In this document: positions 31,164-42,900 of the stretch, piece after piece
How the letters are laid out: every line of letters starts with the position of its first letter
Numbering within the stretch: position 1 is the stretch's first letter
Assembly: GCA_963701095.1 (NCBI GenBank)
Contig: OY969564.1
Location: forward strand, 672,001 to 736,000
DNA length: 64,000 bases
Source: an uncultured Methanoregulaceae archaeon
GTDB lineage: Archaea; Halobacteriota; Methanomicrobia; Methanomicrobiales; Methanospirillaceae
Direction: 5' to 3'
Program-made: the position numbers and the translations under genes
Notes under the pieces: model-generated
Told to the model about the DNA's origin: nothing
Databases searched by the model: none
Seen by the model: the letters and a program-made list of their open reading frames with translations, nothing else

Positions 31164-31280
31164 CTTTTTTACGGGAAACAAGTGTTATCCCACGAATCCA
31201 GAAATTTTTCCTGATTTTGTAACCTGGTTGGAGACAATCAATTTTTTCAGGCTTGAAAAATATACACGTTACCAGAATGC

Positions 31281-31376
31281 GAAAATCGGGCATTGAATCT
31301 GGTGGAGTATTACAGGAGTATATCAGATTCCAAATTCGGCACAATCGCGAGGAGAATAGAGGAATTTAAGAAAAAT
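31281..31376 (+). repeat. repeat family 2, copy 2
   Basis: GAAAATCGGGCATTGAATCTGGTGGAGTATTACAGG...AATTCGGCACAATCGCGAGG. Confidence 0.7.
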
Positions 31377-31395
31377 AGCGTTCCAAAAAATGGCA

Positions 31396-32171
31396 TTATT
31401 TTATTTTCCACGTCTCCTGTGGTTTTGTTGAAGGTTGCGCTACTGCAGCTAAATCCGCTTTCAACTGTGCAAAGTCAAAACCGGGTGCAAAACCAGGTTT
31501 CTGCGCTTCTGGCGGCAGAAGGGCGTAGGCTTCATCGACGCATTCATCCCACCAACCCCAGGTACCGTTTTGCGTATTTCCCCAAGTCAGAACGGTAACA
31601 CCATTCTGATCGTATGCAACGGCAAATACTGCGTGCCCGTCATTGGTGAGTGGACCCGGGTCCAGGGCTTATGCGACTGGAACTCTTGTTGGCAGTTTTG
31701 CTGGACCTGGAAACCCAGATAAACACCGCCAAAGAGATGAAGGGCCTGCTGTACTTCCGTGTGATTCTTTGGATCAATTTTTGCATACGCGATGAGTTCA
31801 TCACCGGAAACCCGGTTGCTCTGCCAATAATTCAGGACATCAAGTTCGTTCATGCCGCTGTCCACACCGTTGGTCAGCTGTAAATATAACTTTACTACTG
31901 CCGGTGAAGGCATAATCAACTCATTACCGACGAGCCCACGGAAAACTGTCTCTGCGTGCGCCAGAGCGGCAATGGTGCAATCCCCGTAGGTGTCGTTCCC
32001 GTCCATCGGGAACAACGTGGCGGGATCACTGACCTTTAGTTTTTTGTACACTTGGCTCAACTTATTTTCCGCCTTCGGCGGCGGGGCGATACTTGACTTC
32101 AGGTATTTTTTAAAGCGTAACGTACGAAAGTCATTTTTCGGCGGATGCTTTCCAAATCTGAATTGCGTCAT
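31396..32171 (-). CDS. papain-like cysteine peptidase, -1 frameshift near 31660
   Basis: GGAGG RBS; GNDTYGDCTIAA (Cys); restored frame gives TNDGHAVFAVAYD...LTWG (His) and WWDECVDEAYA. Confidence 0.75.
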
Positions 32172-32484
32172 AACTCCTCCACATATCCAAAAGGTTTGAC
32201 CATATGACATCTGATTTGCTCATGGCCGCTTTTGGATAGCAGATCCATTTAATTTTCTATATATTATAATTTTGTATAATGCCATTTTAATTATCTTGAA
32301 CACAGTCCTGGAGTTCCTCATTTTTCCGGGGACAATAAATAGTGTATTTTTTCCTTACTTCAGGGTAAGAGTGTACTTTTGATTGACATATTTCACGATT
32401 TAGATTGCTCTGTTTTTCCTGTGTGTCGTCTGATAAAAAGAGATATTATTTATAAAATTATGCTGAAACTAAAAGTTATATTAA

Positions 32485-35400
32485 ATGTTTAACATCCTCT
32501 ATGTCGATGATGACCCTGCTTTGCTTGAGATGGGAAAACAATATCTTGAACGAAGTGGGCAATTCAGGATTGATACTATTGAATCAGCACTACGTGCACT
32601 AACACTCCTGAAATCAAAAACGTATGATTCCATCGTCGCCGATTACCAGATGCCCGGGATGGATGGTATTGAATTTTTAAAGAAAATCAGGACTTCAGGA
32701 AATACTATTCCCTTCATCCTGTTCACCGGCAGGGGGCGTGAAGAGATTGTTATCCAGGCTTTAAATGAAGGAGCGAATTTTTATCTCCAGAAAGGTGGCG
32801 ACCCCAAAGCGCTATTTGCAGAACTGACCCATAAGATCCAAATTGCAGTAGACCATCATCGGGATTCAGAAAAGCTTCAGGCACTCCACAGGTTGTACTC
32901 GGTAATTTCTGCTACCAACAAGGCGATTGTTCATCTTCGGACAAGAGATGAGTTTTTTTCCGAGATCTTCCGGATTCTCGTAGAAACCGGGGGATTTCGC
33001 ATGGTATGGATCGGTCTTGTTGATGAGGAACACAAGATCATCCGGCCTGTTGCTTCCGCCGGCTATGTCGACGGGTATCTTGATACAGTAAATATTTCTA
33101 CCGAAAATATTCTCCGTGGGCGCGGGGCAATTGGCACTGCATACCGGGAAGGGAGAAATTATGTTTGTAATGATATCTCCCGCGATCCTCGCATGGAGCT
33201 GTGGCATGAAGATGCTTTGAAACGTGGCTATCAGGGAATTGCCGCATTCCCCTTTGCTCTTGGTACCAAAAACGTCGGGGTTCTTGCATTATATGCCCCG
33301 GTTACCGGATTTTTTGATGAACAGATTGTAAATCTTCTGGATGAGTTAGCGTGTGATATTTCGTTTGCCCTCAGGACAATTGATGATCAAAATGAACGGG
33401 CTGCCGCTGAATCTGCATTACAGGAAAGCGAAGAGAAGTTCCGGGGCATCTTTGATTTCATAAATGATGGTATCGAGATTCATGAGTTTCTTTCCGACGG
33501 AACTCTGGGTAAATACATTGAAGTCAACGATGTTGCATGCAAGATGGTGCAGTACACCCGAAAAGAACTGTTGCAACGGGCACCTTCCGATATAACCACC
33601 GCATACCACAGCCGGCCGATTGGCGAGATTTTGAATGAATTATCCAGGACCGGCCACGCGATATTCGAGACAGAGCACCGAAAAAAAGATGGGACCATCT
33701 TTCCGGTTGAGATCAACGCTCACGTCAGCTATCTCCAGGGGAAACGAGTGGCGATATCTGTGGTCAGGGATATCTCTGAAAGGATCCGGACTGCGCATGA
33801 ATTGAGCCAGAAAAACCTGAACCTTTCCATCATCAACGAACTCGAGCGGGAATTTTCCGCGCTGCCTTATGGAAAACAGGTCGAAGAGCTGGCAATAAAA
33901 AGGCTTTTATCATTGACCGGGGCTGTCGTAACCGTATTTTCGAAGTATTATCCGGGTGAACAGGTACTCAGGACCACCGCGATCGAGTTCGGCCCGGGAA
34001 TACTGGAAAGTCTGCCGGGAGCATGGGAGAAATGTACTGCATTACTGGGTTCGAAACCCGGAGAGTTCCAGATTCCGCTCAGCAGGGAGGCGTACCAGGA
34101 TGTGAACAGGAGCATCGTTGGAAAGAAAAATACCCTGACTGATATCAGTTACGGAAAGATCACGCCATTGGTCAGTGCGACTATCCAGAAATTATCAGGT
34201 ATCGATCGTTTTTTCCATATCGCGCATGTCATTGATGGTAAAGTATATGGGACATCGGTTATCGGACTAAGGCCTGACCGCCCCGATCCGCCTCAGGATC
34301 TTATGGAGTCGTATGCACACCTGGTCGCGGTATCGTTGCGACGGCAGCAGGCAGAAGCAGCGCTCCGGGAGAGTGAAAAATTTAACAGAAATCTCGTTGA
34401 ACATCTGCCCGATTTTGTCCTTATTTATGGTAAGGATGGAAAGATCCTGTATGCAAATCCGGCCTCAGCCGGAGCCTTGGGATATGATGCACAGAAACTC
34501 ATTGGTACTCCTGTAATTTCGTATGTTGTTGAAAGTTATCGCGATAAGACGATGGAGAACCTATCATTACGACAGAATTATGGTACTGCTCCCAATTACG
34601 AGATCGAAATTGTCAATCACAACGGGCTCAAAAAACGGGTAATCGTGAGAGGCACCCCTATCCAGTATAATGATGTCGCAGCCACGCTTCTTGTTCTTGT
34701 TGACGTCACTGAACGCAGCGTAGCTGAGAAAGCCCTCAAAGAAAGCGAGCAGCGAATGAGTGCAATCTTCAATTCAGCACGGGTCGGTATCATCCTTATA
34801 GATGCAGTATCGCACAAGATACTCCAGGTAAATTCTGAAGCCCTGAACCTTATAGGAGCATCAGAAAAGGATGTAATCGGGGTTGTCTGCCATACCTTCA
34901 TATGCCCGGCAGAGCAGGGAACGTGCCCGGCCGCCGATTTCGGCCAAAGCGGTACCTCTTCTGAGGGCACACTCACGCGGAAGGACGGGTCTGTTTTACC
35001 CATTATCAAAACAGTGGTTCCCGTGGAGATTGGGGATAAAAAAGTCTTTATAGAGTCATTCGTTGACATTAGCAAGCGCAAACATGCTGAGGATTCACTC
35101 CGGCTGGCAAATAAGAAACTCTCACTCCTTACCAATATCACCCGTCATGACATTAACAACCAGCTTACCGGTTTGAATGGTTTTGTTGAGTTGCTTCACG
35201 AGAGGATCAATGATCCGGCTCTTGAAAATTATTTTACCTGGATCACGCAGGCGAGTAATCGTATTTCCTCGACAATCCAATTTACAAAAGAATATAGTGG
35301 CGTTGGAGAATCTGCTCCTGCATGGCAGGATATACGTTCTCTTGTGGATATCGTATCAACGCAGGTCCAGCTTAAGGGAGTCACCGTTATAAATGACATT

Positions 35401-35745
35401 CCCGCGGGGATTAAGGTTTTTTCCGATCCGCTGATTATCAAAGTCTTTTACAACCTTATAGAAAATGCCGTCCGGTATGGTGGCAAAAAGATAACAACGA
35501 TCCGGATTTATCCACGGAAATCTGAAGGCGTGTTGGTCATCTTCGTTGAGGATGACGGCGATGGTGTACCTTCCGGGGAAAAGGAGAAGATCTTCGATTG
35601 GGGCTTTGGGAAAAACACCGGTCTTGGGTTGGCCCTTTCGCGGGAAATTCTTGATATTACCGGAATCACGATACAAGAGAATGGTGAACGCCATGCGGGT
35701 GCCCGTTTCGAGATCCGGATCCCGACGGGATACTGGGCGGTTTGA
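32485..35745 (+). CDS. hybrid REC-GAF-PAS histidine kinase
   Basis: ILYVDDD REC, GAF, PAS, GAF-like insert, two more PAS, ITRHDINNQ, HATPase. Confidence 0.93.
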   Translation: MFNILYVDDDPALLEMGKQYLERSGQFRIDTIESALRALTLLKSKTYDSIVADYQMPGMDGIEFLKKIRTSGNTIPFILFTGRGREEIVIQALNEGANFYLQKGGDPKALFAELTHKIQIAVDHHRDSEKLQALHRLYSVISATNKAIVHLRTRDEFFSEIFRILVETGGFRMVWIGLVDEEHKIIRPVASAGYVDGYLDTVNISTENILRGRGAIGTAYREGRNYVCNDISRDPRMELWHEDALKRGYQGIAAFPFALGTKNVGVLALYAPVTGFFDEQIVNLLDELACDISFALRTIDDQNERAAAESALQESEEKFRGIFDFINDGIEIHEFLSDGTLGKYIEVNDVACKMVQYTRKELLQRAPSDITTAYHSRPIGEILNELSRTGHAIFETEHRKKDGTIFPVEINAHVSYLQGKRVAISVVRDISERIRTAHELSQKNLNLSIINELEREFSALPYGKQVEELAIKRLLSLTGAVVTVFSKYYPGEQVLRTTAIEFGPGILESLPGAWEKCTALLGSKPGEFQIPLSREAYQDVNRSIVGKKNTLTDISYGKITPLVSATIQKLSGIDRFFHIAHVIDGKVYGTSVIGLRPDRPDPPQDLMESYAHLVAVSLRRQQAEAALRESEKFNRNLVEHLPDFVLIYGKDGKILYANPASAGALGYDAQKLIGTPVISYVVESYRDKTMENLSLRQNYGTAPNYEIEIVNHNGLKKRVIVRGTPIQYNDVAATLLVLVDVTERSVAEKALKESEQRMSAIFNSARVGIILIDAVSHKILQVNSEALNLIGASEKDVIGVVCHTFICPAEQGTCPAADFGQSGTSSEGTLTRKDGSVLPIIKTVVPVEIGDKKVFIESFVDISKRKHAEDSLRLANKKLSLLTNITRHDINNQLTGLNGFVELLHERINDPALENYFTWITQASNRISSTIQFTKEYSGVGESAPAWQDIRSLVDIVSTQVQLKGVTVINDIPAGIKVFSDPLIIKVFYNLIENAVRYGGKKITTIRIYPRKSEGVLVIFVEDDGDGVPSGEKEKIFDWGFGKNTGLGLALSREILDITGITIQENGERHAGARFEIRIPTGYWAV

Positions 35746-35961
35746 CGACCGGGGCAGGAAGGAACACGTTCAGACAAAAATATCGCCTGCGTCCATTATC
35801 GTTTTCTCATCGAAATTGCCATACGTTCCCGTTTCCGTTGGATTGTTACCGGACTATTCGTCCATGGCGTGGGAAGAAAGCGCCTTCATTGTATACCCCG
35901 GCGAAAAAGGCAAGATATAATATGAATCTCGATCAATACCATCAAACTTAACTTTGTCTCG

Positions 35962-38900
35962 ATGTATCGCATTCTCTACGTTGATGATGAGCCAAGCCTT
36001 CTGGAGATTGGCAAAATTTTCCTAGAGCGGAGCGGAGAATTAAGCGTTGATACTGTTTTCTCCACACCGGATGCATTTACGCTACTGAATTCGAAAAATT
36101 TCGATGCCATTGTCTCTGATTACCAGATGCCAGATATGGATGGCATCGAATTTTTGAAGAAGGTGCGATCTTCAGGAAATAGTATACCGTTTATCCTTTT
36201 TACCGGAAGAGGGCGTGAAGAAGTTGTTATACAGGCATTAAATGAAGGCGCAGACTCCTACATCCAGAAAGGAGGAGATCCAACATCGCAGTTTGCCGAG
36301 CTTGAACACAAGATCCGCCAAGCGATCAAAAAGCAAAGAGCAGAGATCGCCCTTTCGGATTCGGAGCAACGTCTGGCAGATATCATCAATTTCCTCCCTG
36401 ATGCAACCTTAGCTATTGATACCAAGGGTAAGGTGATTGCGTGGAACAGTGCAATCGAAGAGATGACAGGAGTTGCATCAACAGTGATGCTCGGTAAAGG
36501 GAACTTCGAGTACGCATTGCCATTCTACGGGAAACGGCGTCCCTTATTGCTCGACCTGATCTTCGAACCGGACCCAAAGATTGCAGAATATTACACAAAT
36601 ATACTGCGGAACGGTAATACGCTCTCGGCAGAGACCAATCTCCCACACCCGAAAGGGCATCAGATCTGGGTTCTCACTAAAGTGAGCCCTCTTTACAATC
36701 GACAGGGTGATATAATCGGGGCAATCGAGGCGATACGGGACGTTACCGACAGGAAAAAGGCCAACGACGAACTCAGAGCTGCAAATGAGCGGCTTTGTGC
36801 CTCTGAAGAGGAGCTCAGGTCACAATATGACGAGCTTGCACAGAGCGAACGTCAAATCCGGGAGAGCGAGGAACGGTACAGGAACGTAGTCGAGGACCAG
36901 ACCGAATTTATCTCCCGGTTTTTACCGGACGGTACCCATGTCTTTGTCAATGAAGCATACTGTCGGTATTTTGGACTGGAACGAGATAAGATTCTCGGGC
37001 ACAAATTCCGGCCAAAAATCCCTGTTGAAGATAAGGAGCGTGTGAGGCAGTTCTTTACATCTTTGACACCGAACCATCCTGTTAGCGAGATCAGGCACCG
37101 TATTATCATGTCGGATGGGAAAGTCAGATGGCAGCGATGGAGTGATCGGGCTATTTTCGATCCTGCCGGAACCGTTCTTGAATATCAATCTGTTGGCAGG
37201 GATATCGACGACATAAAAAAAGCGGAAGAATCACTTTCAGAGAGTGAAGAGAAATTCCGGTGTATCTTCGATACGATAAATGATGGAATCCAGATTCACG
37301 AGTTTCTTTCTGATGGAACACTGGGAAAATTCATCGAAATCAACGAAGTTGCCTGCAAGATGGTGCAATACACCCGAGAAGAACTGTTACAACGCGCACC
37401 CCCCGATATAACCACCGCATATCACAGCCGACCGCTGATACAGATTTTGAATGAATTATCTACATCTGGCCATGCAATATTCGAAACAGAGCACCGAAGA
37501 AAGGATGGGACAATAGTCCCGGTCGAGATTAATGTTCACGTCAGCTATCTCCAGGGGAAACGAGTGGCAATATCCGTGGTCAGGGATATCACTGAACGGA
37601 AACGGACAGACGATGAATTGCACCAAAAAAATCTGAATCTTTCCGTCATTAATGAACTGGAGCGAGAATTTGCCGAACTGCCTTCCGGGAAACGAGTCGA
37701 GGAGCTGGCAGAAAAAAAGCTTCTGGAACTCTCCGGTGCTGTGGTTGCGGTATTCTTACTCTATGATCCGGTTGAGCGGATGCTTAAGCCAACGGTTTTT
37801 GACTATGCGCCGGGGATACGGGAACGGTTACCAGGTGCCCTGAAGAAATTGATCCAGATACTGGGGAAGGACCCGAAAGATATCAAGATCCCGGTCAGCG
37901 AGAAAATGTTCCTTGATATGAATTCAAGCATCATCGGGATAAAGAAGACGATTACCGAGTTAACATACGGACAGGTCCGGCCCTTTGTCAGCATGAGTCT
38001 TCACAAGTTGTCTGGTATCGACCGATTCATCCACGTCGCGCATATTCTTGATGGTGAGTTGTATGGCGTATCAGTGATCGGGCTGAGAATTGACCGGCCG
38101 GATACATCACATGACCTTCTTGAATCGTTTGCACACATAGTCGCAGTATCATTGCGCAGGCAGCAGGCAGAGGAAACTCTGAAGGAAAGTGAAAGGAAGT
38201 TCAGGGCTCTCGTGGATCAATCCCTTGACGGCATTATAATTGTGGATTTCAAAGGAAGAATCTTGTTCTCAAATAAATCCGCAAAAAAATTTTACGGATA
38301 TGACAAGGACATTCTAGGAGGGGTAAACGTCCTTGATATTGTAGCTCCGGAATGCCGGATACCTGCGGTGAAGGATTTTGAACGTGTTGCAGCCGGTGAG
38401 GATGGTTATCTCGTAAGTTACAGAATCCTAAATAAGGAAAACAAGGAGATGTGGATCGAATGCATTGGGAAAAAAATTTCCTTTGAAGGCAAACCCGCCC
38501 TGTTATTAGCCATTCGTGATATCACTGACCGCAAAAAAACAGACGAAGAGCTTTTTAAGTCCCGGCAGATGCTCCAATTGGTCTTGGACACTATTCCGCA
38601 GAGAGTTTTCTGGAAAGGCCTGAACTCCGTCTATCTCGGTTGCAACAAACCTCTCGCCATTGATTGCGGGTACTCCGATCCCGGTGAGCTGGTAGGCAAG
38701 ACCGATTATGAGACCGCCTCCGCAGAAACCGCAGATCTCTACCGTGCCGATGACCAGCAGGTTATGAAAACAGGTCAGCCAAAACTCAATTATGAAGAAA
38801 TGCAGATTAAACCGGACGGAACCCATGCGTGGCTAAGGACAGTCAAGGTCCCCCTGCGAGACAAAGAAGACCAGATTATTGGAGTGCTGGGAACGTACGA

Positions 38901-39603
38901 AGATATCACCGAGCGTAAGTATGCAGAAGAGGCACTACGGCAGGCAAACAGGAAGCTGAATCTTCTCTCCGGTGTCACCCGGCATGATATCAAGAACCAG
39001 CTCATGGCACTCCAGGGATATCTTGAAATTTCCAAGGAGACCCTAGGGGACGCGGTCAGGACAGCAGAGTTCATTGAGAAAGAGAATACTATCGCAAGGA
39101 CAATCTCCCGCCAGATCAGTTTCACGAAGGATTACGAGGATCTGGGTGTGAAGGCTCCTGTATGGCAGAAAGTCTCAGTGCTGGTACCAAGAATCATCAC
39201 CGGACTCCCTATGAGGGGTATCCGGATGGATATTATTGATTCGACCTTTGAGATCTTTGCAGATCCGCTCCTCGAAAAAGTATTCTATAACCTAATTGAG
39301 AACGCTCTCCGGTACGGAGGAGAAAAAATGACCGCGATTCGAATCCTCAGCCGAGAGACCCGTGAGAATTTAGTTATCGTTGTTGAGGACAATGGCGTAG
39401 GTATAAAGGCGGACGGCAAGGAGCGCCTATTCGAAAAAGGATTTGGGAAAAATACCGGTCTTGGTCTCTTCTTTTCCAAGGAGATCCTATCAATTACCGG
39501 CATTACTATTACTGAAACTGGCGAGCCGGGCAACGGAGCCCGGTTTGAGATTACCGTACCGAAAGGGGCGTACCGCTTTGCCGATCCAAAAATGAATAAA
39601 TAA
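35962..39603 (+). CDS. hybrid REC-multi-PAS histidine kinase
   Basis: ILYVDDEP REC, five PAS modules plus GAF-like insert, VTRHDIKNQ, HATPase. Confidence 0.93.
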   Translation: MYRILYVDDEPSLLEIGKIFLERSGELSVDTVFSTPDAFTLLNSKNFDAIVSDYQMPDMDGIEFLKKVRSSGNSIPFILFTGRGREEVVIQALNEGADSYIQKGGDPTSQFAELEHKIRQAIKKQRAEIALSDSEQRLADIINFLPDATLAIDTKGKVIAWNSAIEEMTGVASTVMLGKGNFEYALPFYGKRRPLLLDLIFEPDPKIAEYYTNILRNGNTLSAETNLPHPKGHQIWVLTKVSPLYNRQGDIIGAIEAIRDVTDRKKANDELRAANERLCASEEELRSQYDELAQSERQIRESEERYRNVVEDQTEFISRFLPDGTHVFVNEAYCRYFGLERDKILGHKFRPKIPVEDKERVRQFFTSLTPNHPVSEIRHRIIMSDGKVRWQRWSDRAIFDPAGTVLEYQSVGRDIDDIKKAEESLSESEEKFRCIFDTINDGIQIHEFLSDGTLGKFIEINEVACKMVQYTREELLQRAPPDITTAYHSRPLIQILNELSTSGHAIFETEHRRKDGTIVPVEINVHVSYLQGKRVAISVVRDITERKRTDDELHQKNLNLSVINELEREFAELPSGKRVEELAEKKLLELSGAVVAVFLLYDPVERMLKPTVFDYAPGIRERLPGALKKLIQILGKDPKDIKIPVSEKMFLDMNSSIIGIKKTITELTYGQVRPFVSMSLHKLSGIDRFIHVAHILDGELYGVSVIGLRIDRPDTSHDLLESFAHIVAVSLRRQQAEETLKESERKFRALVDQSLDGIIIVDFKGRILFSNKSAKKFYGYDKDILGGVNVLDIVAPECRIPAVKDFERVAAGEDGYLVSYRILNKENKEMWIECIGKKISFEGKPALLLAIRDITDRKKTDEELFKSRQMLQLVLDTIPQRVFWKGLNSVYLGCNKPLAIDCGYSDPGELVGKTDYETASAETADLYRADDQQVMKTGQPKLNYEEMQIKPDGTHAWLRTVKVPLRDKEDQIIGVLGTYEDITERKYAEEALRQANRKLNLLSGVTRHDIKNQLMALQGYLEISKETLGDAVRTAEFIEKENTIARTISRQISFTKDYEDLGVKAPVWQKVSVLVPRIITGLPMRGIRMDIIDSTFEIFADPLLEKVFYNLIENALRYGGEKMTAIRILSRETRENLVIVVEDNGVGIKADGKERLFEKGFGKNTGLGLFFSKEILSITGITITETGEPGNGARFEITVPKGAYRFADPKMNK

Positions 39604-39748
39604 TCGGGCTCATTTGCTGATCAACAATGGAATGAGCTATAAAAATTGCCATAATCGCAACTTCACACGTAATTAGTGTCTTTAAAATTGTTCGCGTATT
39701 CTCAAAGTCTAGATTAGGAAATACCATTGAATAGGGAGGAACGTTTCT

Positions 39749-39846
39749 GAAAATCGGGCATTGTATACAGGGGAGTTTTACGGGGTCTTATCTGAATATG
39801 AATTCGACAAAATCGCAAGGAAACAAGAGGGATTTGAAAAAGCATG
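39749..39846 (+). repeat. repeat family 2, copy 3
   Basis: GAAAATCGGGCATTGTATACAGGGGAGTTTTACGGGGTCTTATCTGAATATGAATTCGACAAAATCGC. Confidence 0.7.
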
Positions 39847-39946
39847 ACGGATCAAAGCCCAGAACAAAAAATCAGTGCATGAAAACCCTGTTTACAAATC
39901 TTTAATGGGAGAAGACAGGTATAGTATTGATCAAGGAAGACGGCAT

Positions 39947-42900
39947 TTGTTCACTATCCTTTATGTCGATGATGAAGCCACGTTGCTCGAAATCGGCAAA
40001 CTCTTTTTAGAGAGCGGCGGGCAGTTTTCTGTCGACACTATTACCTCAGCATCAGCAGCACTTGCAGTGATGGATACAAAATCCTACGATGCCATCATTG
40101 CAGACTACCAAATGCCGGAAATGGATGGCATTGAATTCTTAAAGAAGGTAAGAACTTCGGGAAATACTATCCCGTTTATCCTTTTTACCGGACGCGGACG
40201 TGAAGAAATAGTTATCCAGGCTTTAAATGAAGGGGCCGATTTTTACCTCCAGAAAGGAGGGGAACCAAAAAGCCAGTTCGTCGAACTGAGTCATAAAATA
40301 ATAACGGCGATTGAGCGAAAACGTGCACTTGCTGCCTTGAATAAGGAAGATTACGGACTCAAGACGCTGGTATCTTTTTACGAGATGACATCCGGCCCAT
40401 TAAAAGATTTGATGATCTTTGCCGTAGAACAGGCAGTTAAAATCACGGCAAGCACCATTGGGTATCTTGCATTTGTTTCAGATGACGAGTCCGTCCTTAC
40501 TATGTACGCGTGGTCTTCGGAGGCAATGAAAGAATGCCATATCCACCGAAAACCCATCGAATATCCGATTACCACAACAGGGTTATGGGGGGAAGCAGTC
40601 CGCCAACGTCGTCCCGTCATTACCAATGATTATGCCGCCAAAAATCCCCTGAAAAAAGGGTACCCGAAAGGGCATGTCCCCATCAAACGGCATATGAATA
40701 TCCCGGTTTTTGACGGTTCCCATATCGTAATGGTTGCCGGCGTAGGAAACAAACCTTCTGATTATGATGAAACAGATGTCCACGAACTTTCCGTTCTGAT
40801 GAGCGGGTTATGGAATGTCATTAAACAAAGAAGAGGAGAAGAGGAACTCTTAAAGAAAAACGAGGACCTCAATGCTTCCAATGAACAGCTTGTGGCGGCC
40901 GAAGAAGAACTTCGTTCGCAGTATGATGCGCTTGCAAAAAATGAAACCTTACTCCGCACAAGCGAAGAAAAGATCCGGGAATCTGAAGAGTTCCTTCGCA
41001 GGGTAATCACCGGGGCAAAAGAAGGCATCATCGTCTATGACCAGGAGTTACGGATCAAGCTCTGGAACCGGTTTATGGAAGATTTAACCGGCATAGATGC
41101 GGCGGATGTAGTGGGTAAAAACGCGCTCGATTTGTTTCCTTTTCACAAGACGCTTGGGAACGATATCCTGATGATGAAGGCTCTGGAGGGCCTCACTGAG
41201 GAATCGCGTGATTTTGAGTTCGTCATCCCATCCTCCGGCAAAAGAGGTTGGGTGAAAAGTGTTTTTTCCCCTAACTACGACATCCATGGTACCATTATCG
41301 GTGTAATCGGGCTTGTCCGGGACATCACTGAACGCAAAAAAATCGAGGCAGCTCTTCAGAAGAGTTGGCAACAGTACCGGGAAGTTATCGAAGATCAGAC
41401 TGAGTTCATCTGCCGGTTCCGCCCGGATAGCACGATTGTTTTTGTCAATGATGCCTACTGCCGGTATTTCGGTATGAACCGTCACGAGATCCTTGGCCAC
41501 CGGTTCCGGGCAAAAATCCCACCTGAAGACCGGGAGCGCGTAAACCGGTTCTTCGCTTCATTAACTCCGGACCATCCTGTTGATACTATAGAGCAACGGA
41601 TCATAATGCCGGATGGAAGCATACGGTGGCAACAGTGGAGCGACCGGGCGATCTTCGATTCTTCAGGAACGGTCACTGAATACCAGTCGGTGGGCCGGGA
41701 CATCACGGAGAAAAAAGAGGCCGATGAGGCGGTGCAGACATCACTCCGGCAGTTAAATACCCTTGTCTCCGGACTGAACGCCGGCGTGATAATGATTTCA
41801 GAAAACAATAGAGTTGTTCAGGTAAATCAGGCATTGTGCGATATTTACGATCTGCCCGAGACACCTGAACAGTTGTCCGGGTTGACGGCTCAGGCATTGA
41901 TTGAAAAAATCATGGGTTCCTATGTTTCTCCTCATGAAGCACGTGCTCGCATCCAGAAAATTGCCAGGGAGGATAAAACCGTCATCGGTTATGAAGTTAC
42001 CCTGCGGAACGGGCGCACTGTCCTGATAGATTATATTCCCATAATTGATCCAAAAGGGCAAAAACGAGGTCGGATATGGCATATTCAGGATGTTACCCCA
42101 CATAAACGGGAAGAGGGAGCACGGTTTGAAAACGAACAGCGCCTGAATTCCATTTATAATACTGTCGTTGACAGCATTTTTCAACTGGCCCTTGAACCTG
42201 GGGGGCGGTACCGGTTTACTTCTGTCAACCAGGCCTTTTGTAAAATCACCGGATTATCCTATGAAAGCATTATCGGAAAGACGGTAAATGAGATCATACC
42301 CGAGCCGTCTTTAACAAAGGTTCTGGTAAAATACCGGCAGGCTATCGAAGAAAAGATCATTGTTCGTTGGGAAGAAATCTCACATTATCCTACCGGGGAG
42401 CTGATAGGCGATGTCAGTATTGCGCCTATCTTTGATAAGGAAGGTATCTGTACCCACCTGATCGGCTCCGTTCATGATATCACCAGCTTTAAGCGAACAG
42501 AGGAAGCTTTACGAGAAAGCGAGGGGAAATTCCGGGGCATTTTTGACATGATAAATGACGGAATCCACATCCATGATATGGATCCGGAGGGAAAACCCGG
42601 GAAATTTTTTGATGTCAACGAGGTTGCCTGCCAGATGCTGCAATATACCCACGAAGAAATGCTTGAACTCGGGCCCTTTGATATCGTTACTGAATATCAC
42701 AGCCGGCAACTCGATGAGATCCTCTGTGAATTATCCACAACCGGCCATGCAATCTTCGAAACCGAGCACCGGAGAAAAGATGGGACAGTTGTTCCCGTCG
42801 AGATCAATGTCCATATCGGTTATATTCAGGGAAAACGAATGGGAATATCCGTTGTCAGGGATATTACAGAGCACAAGCAGATAGAAGAAACCCTTTACCA

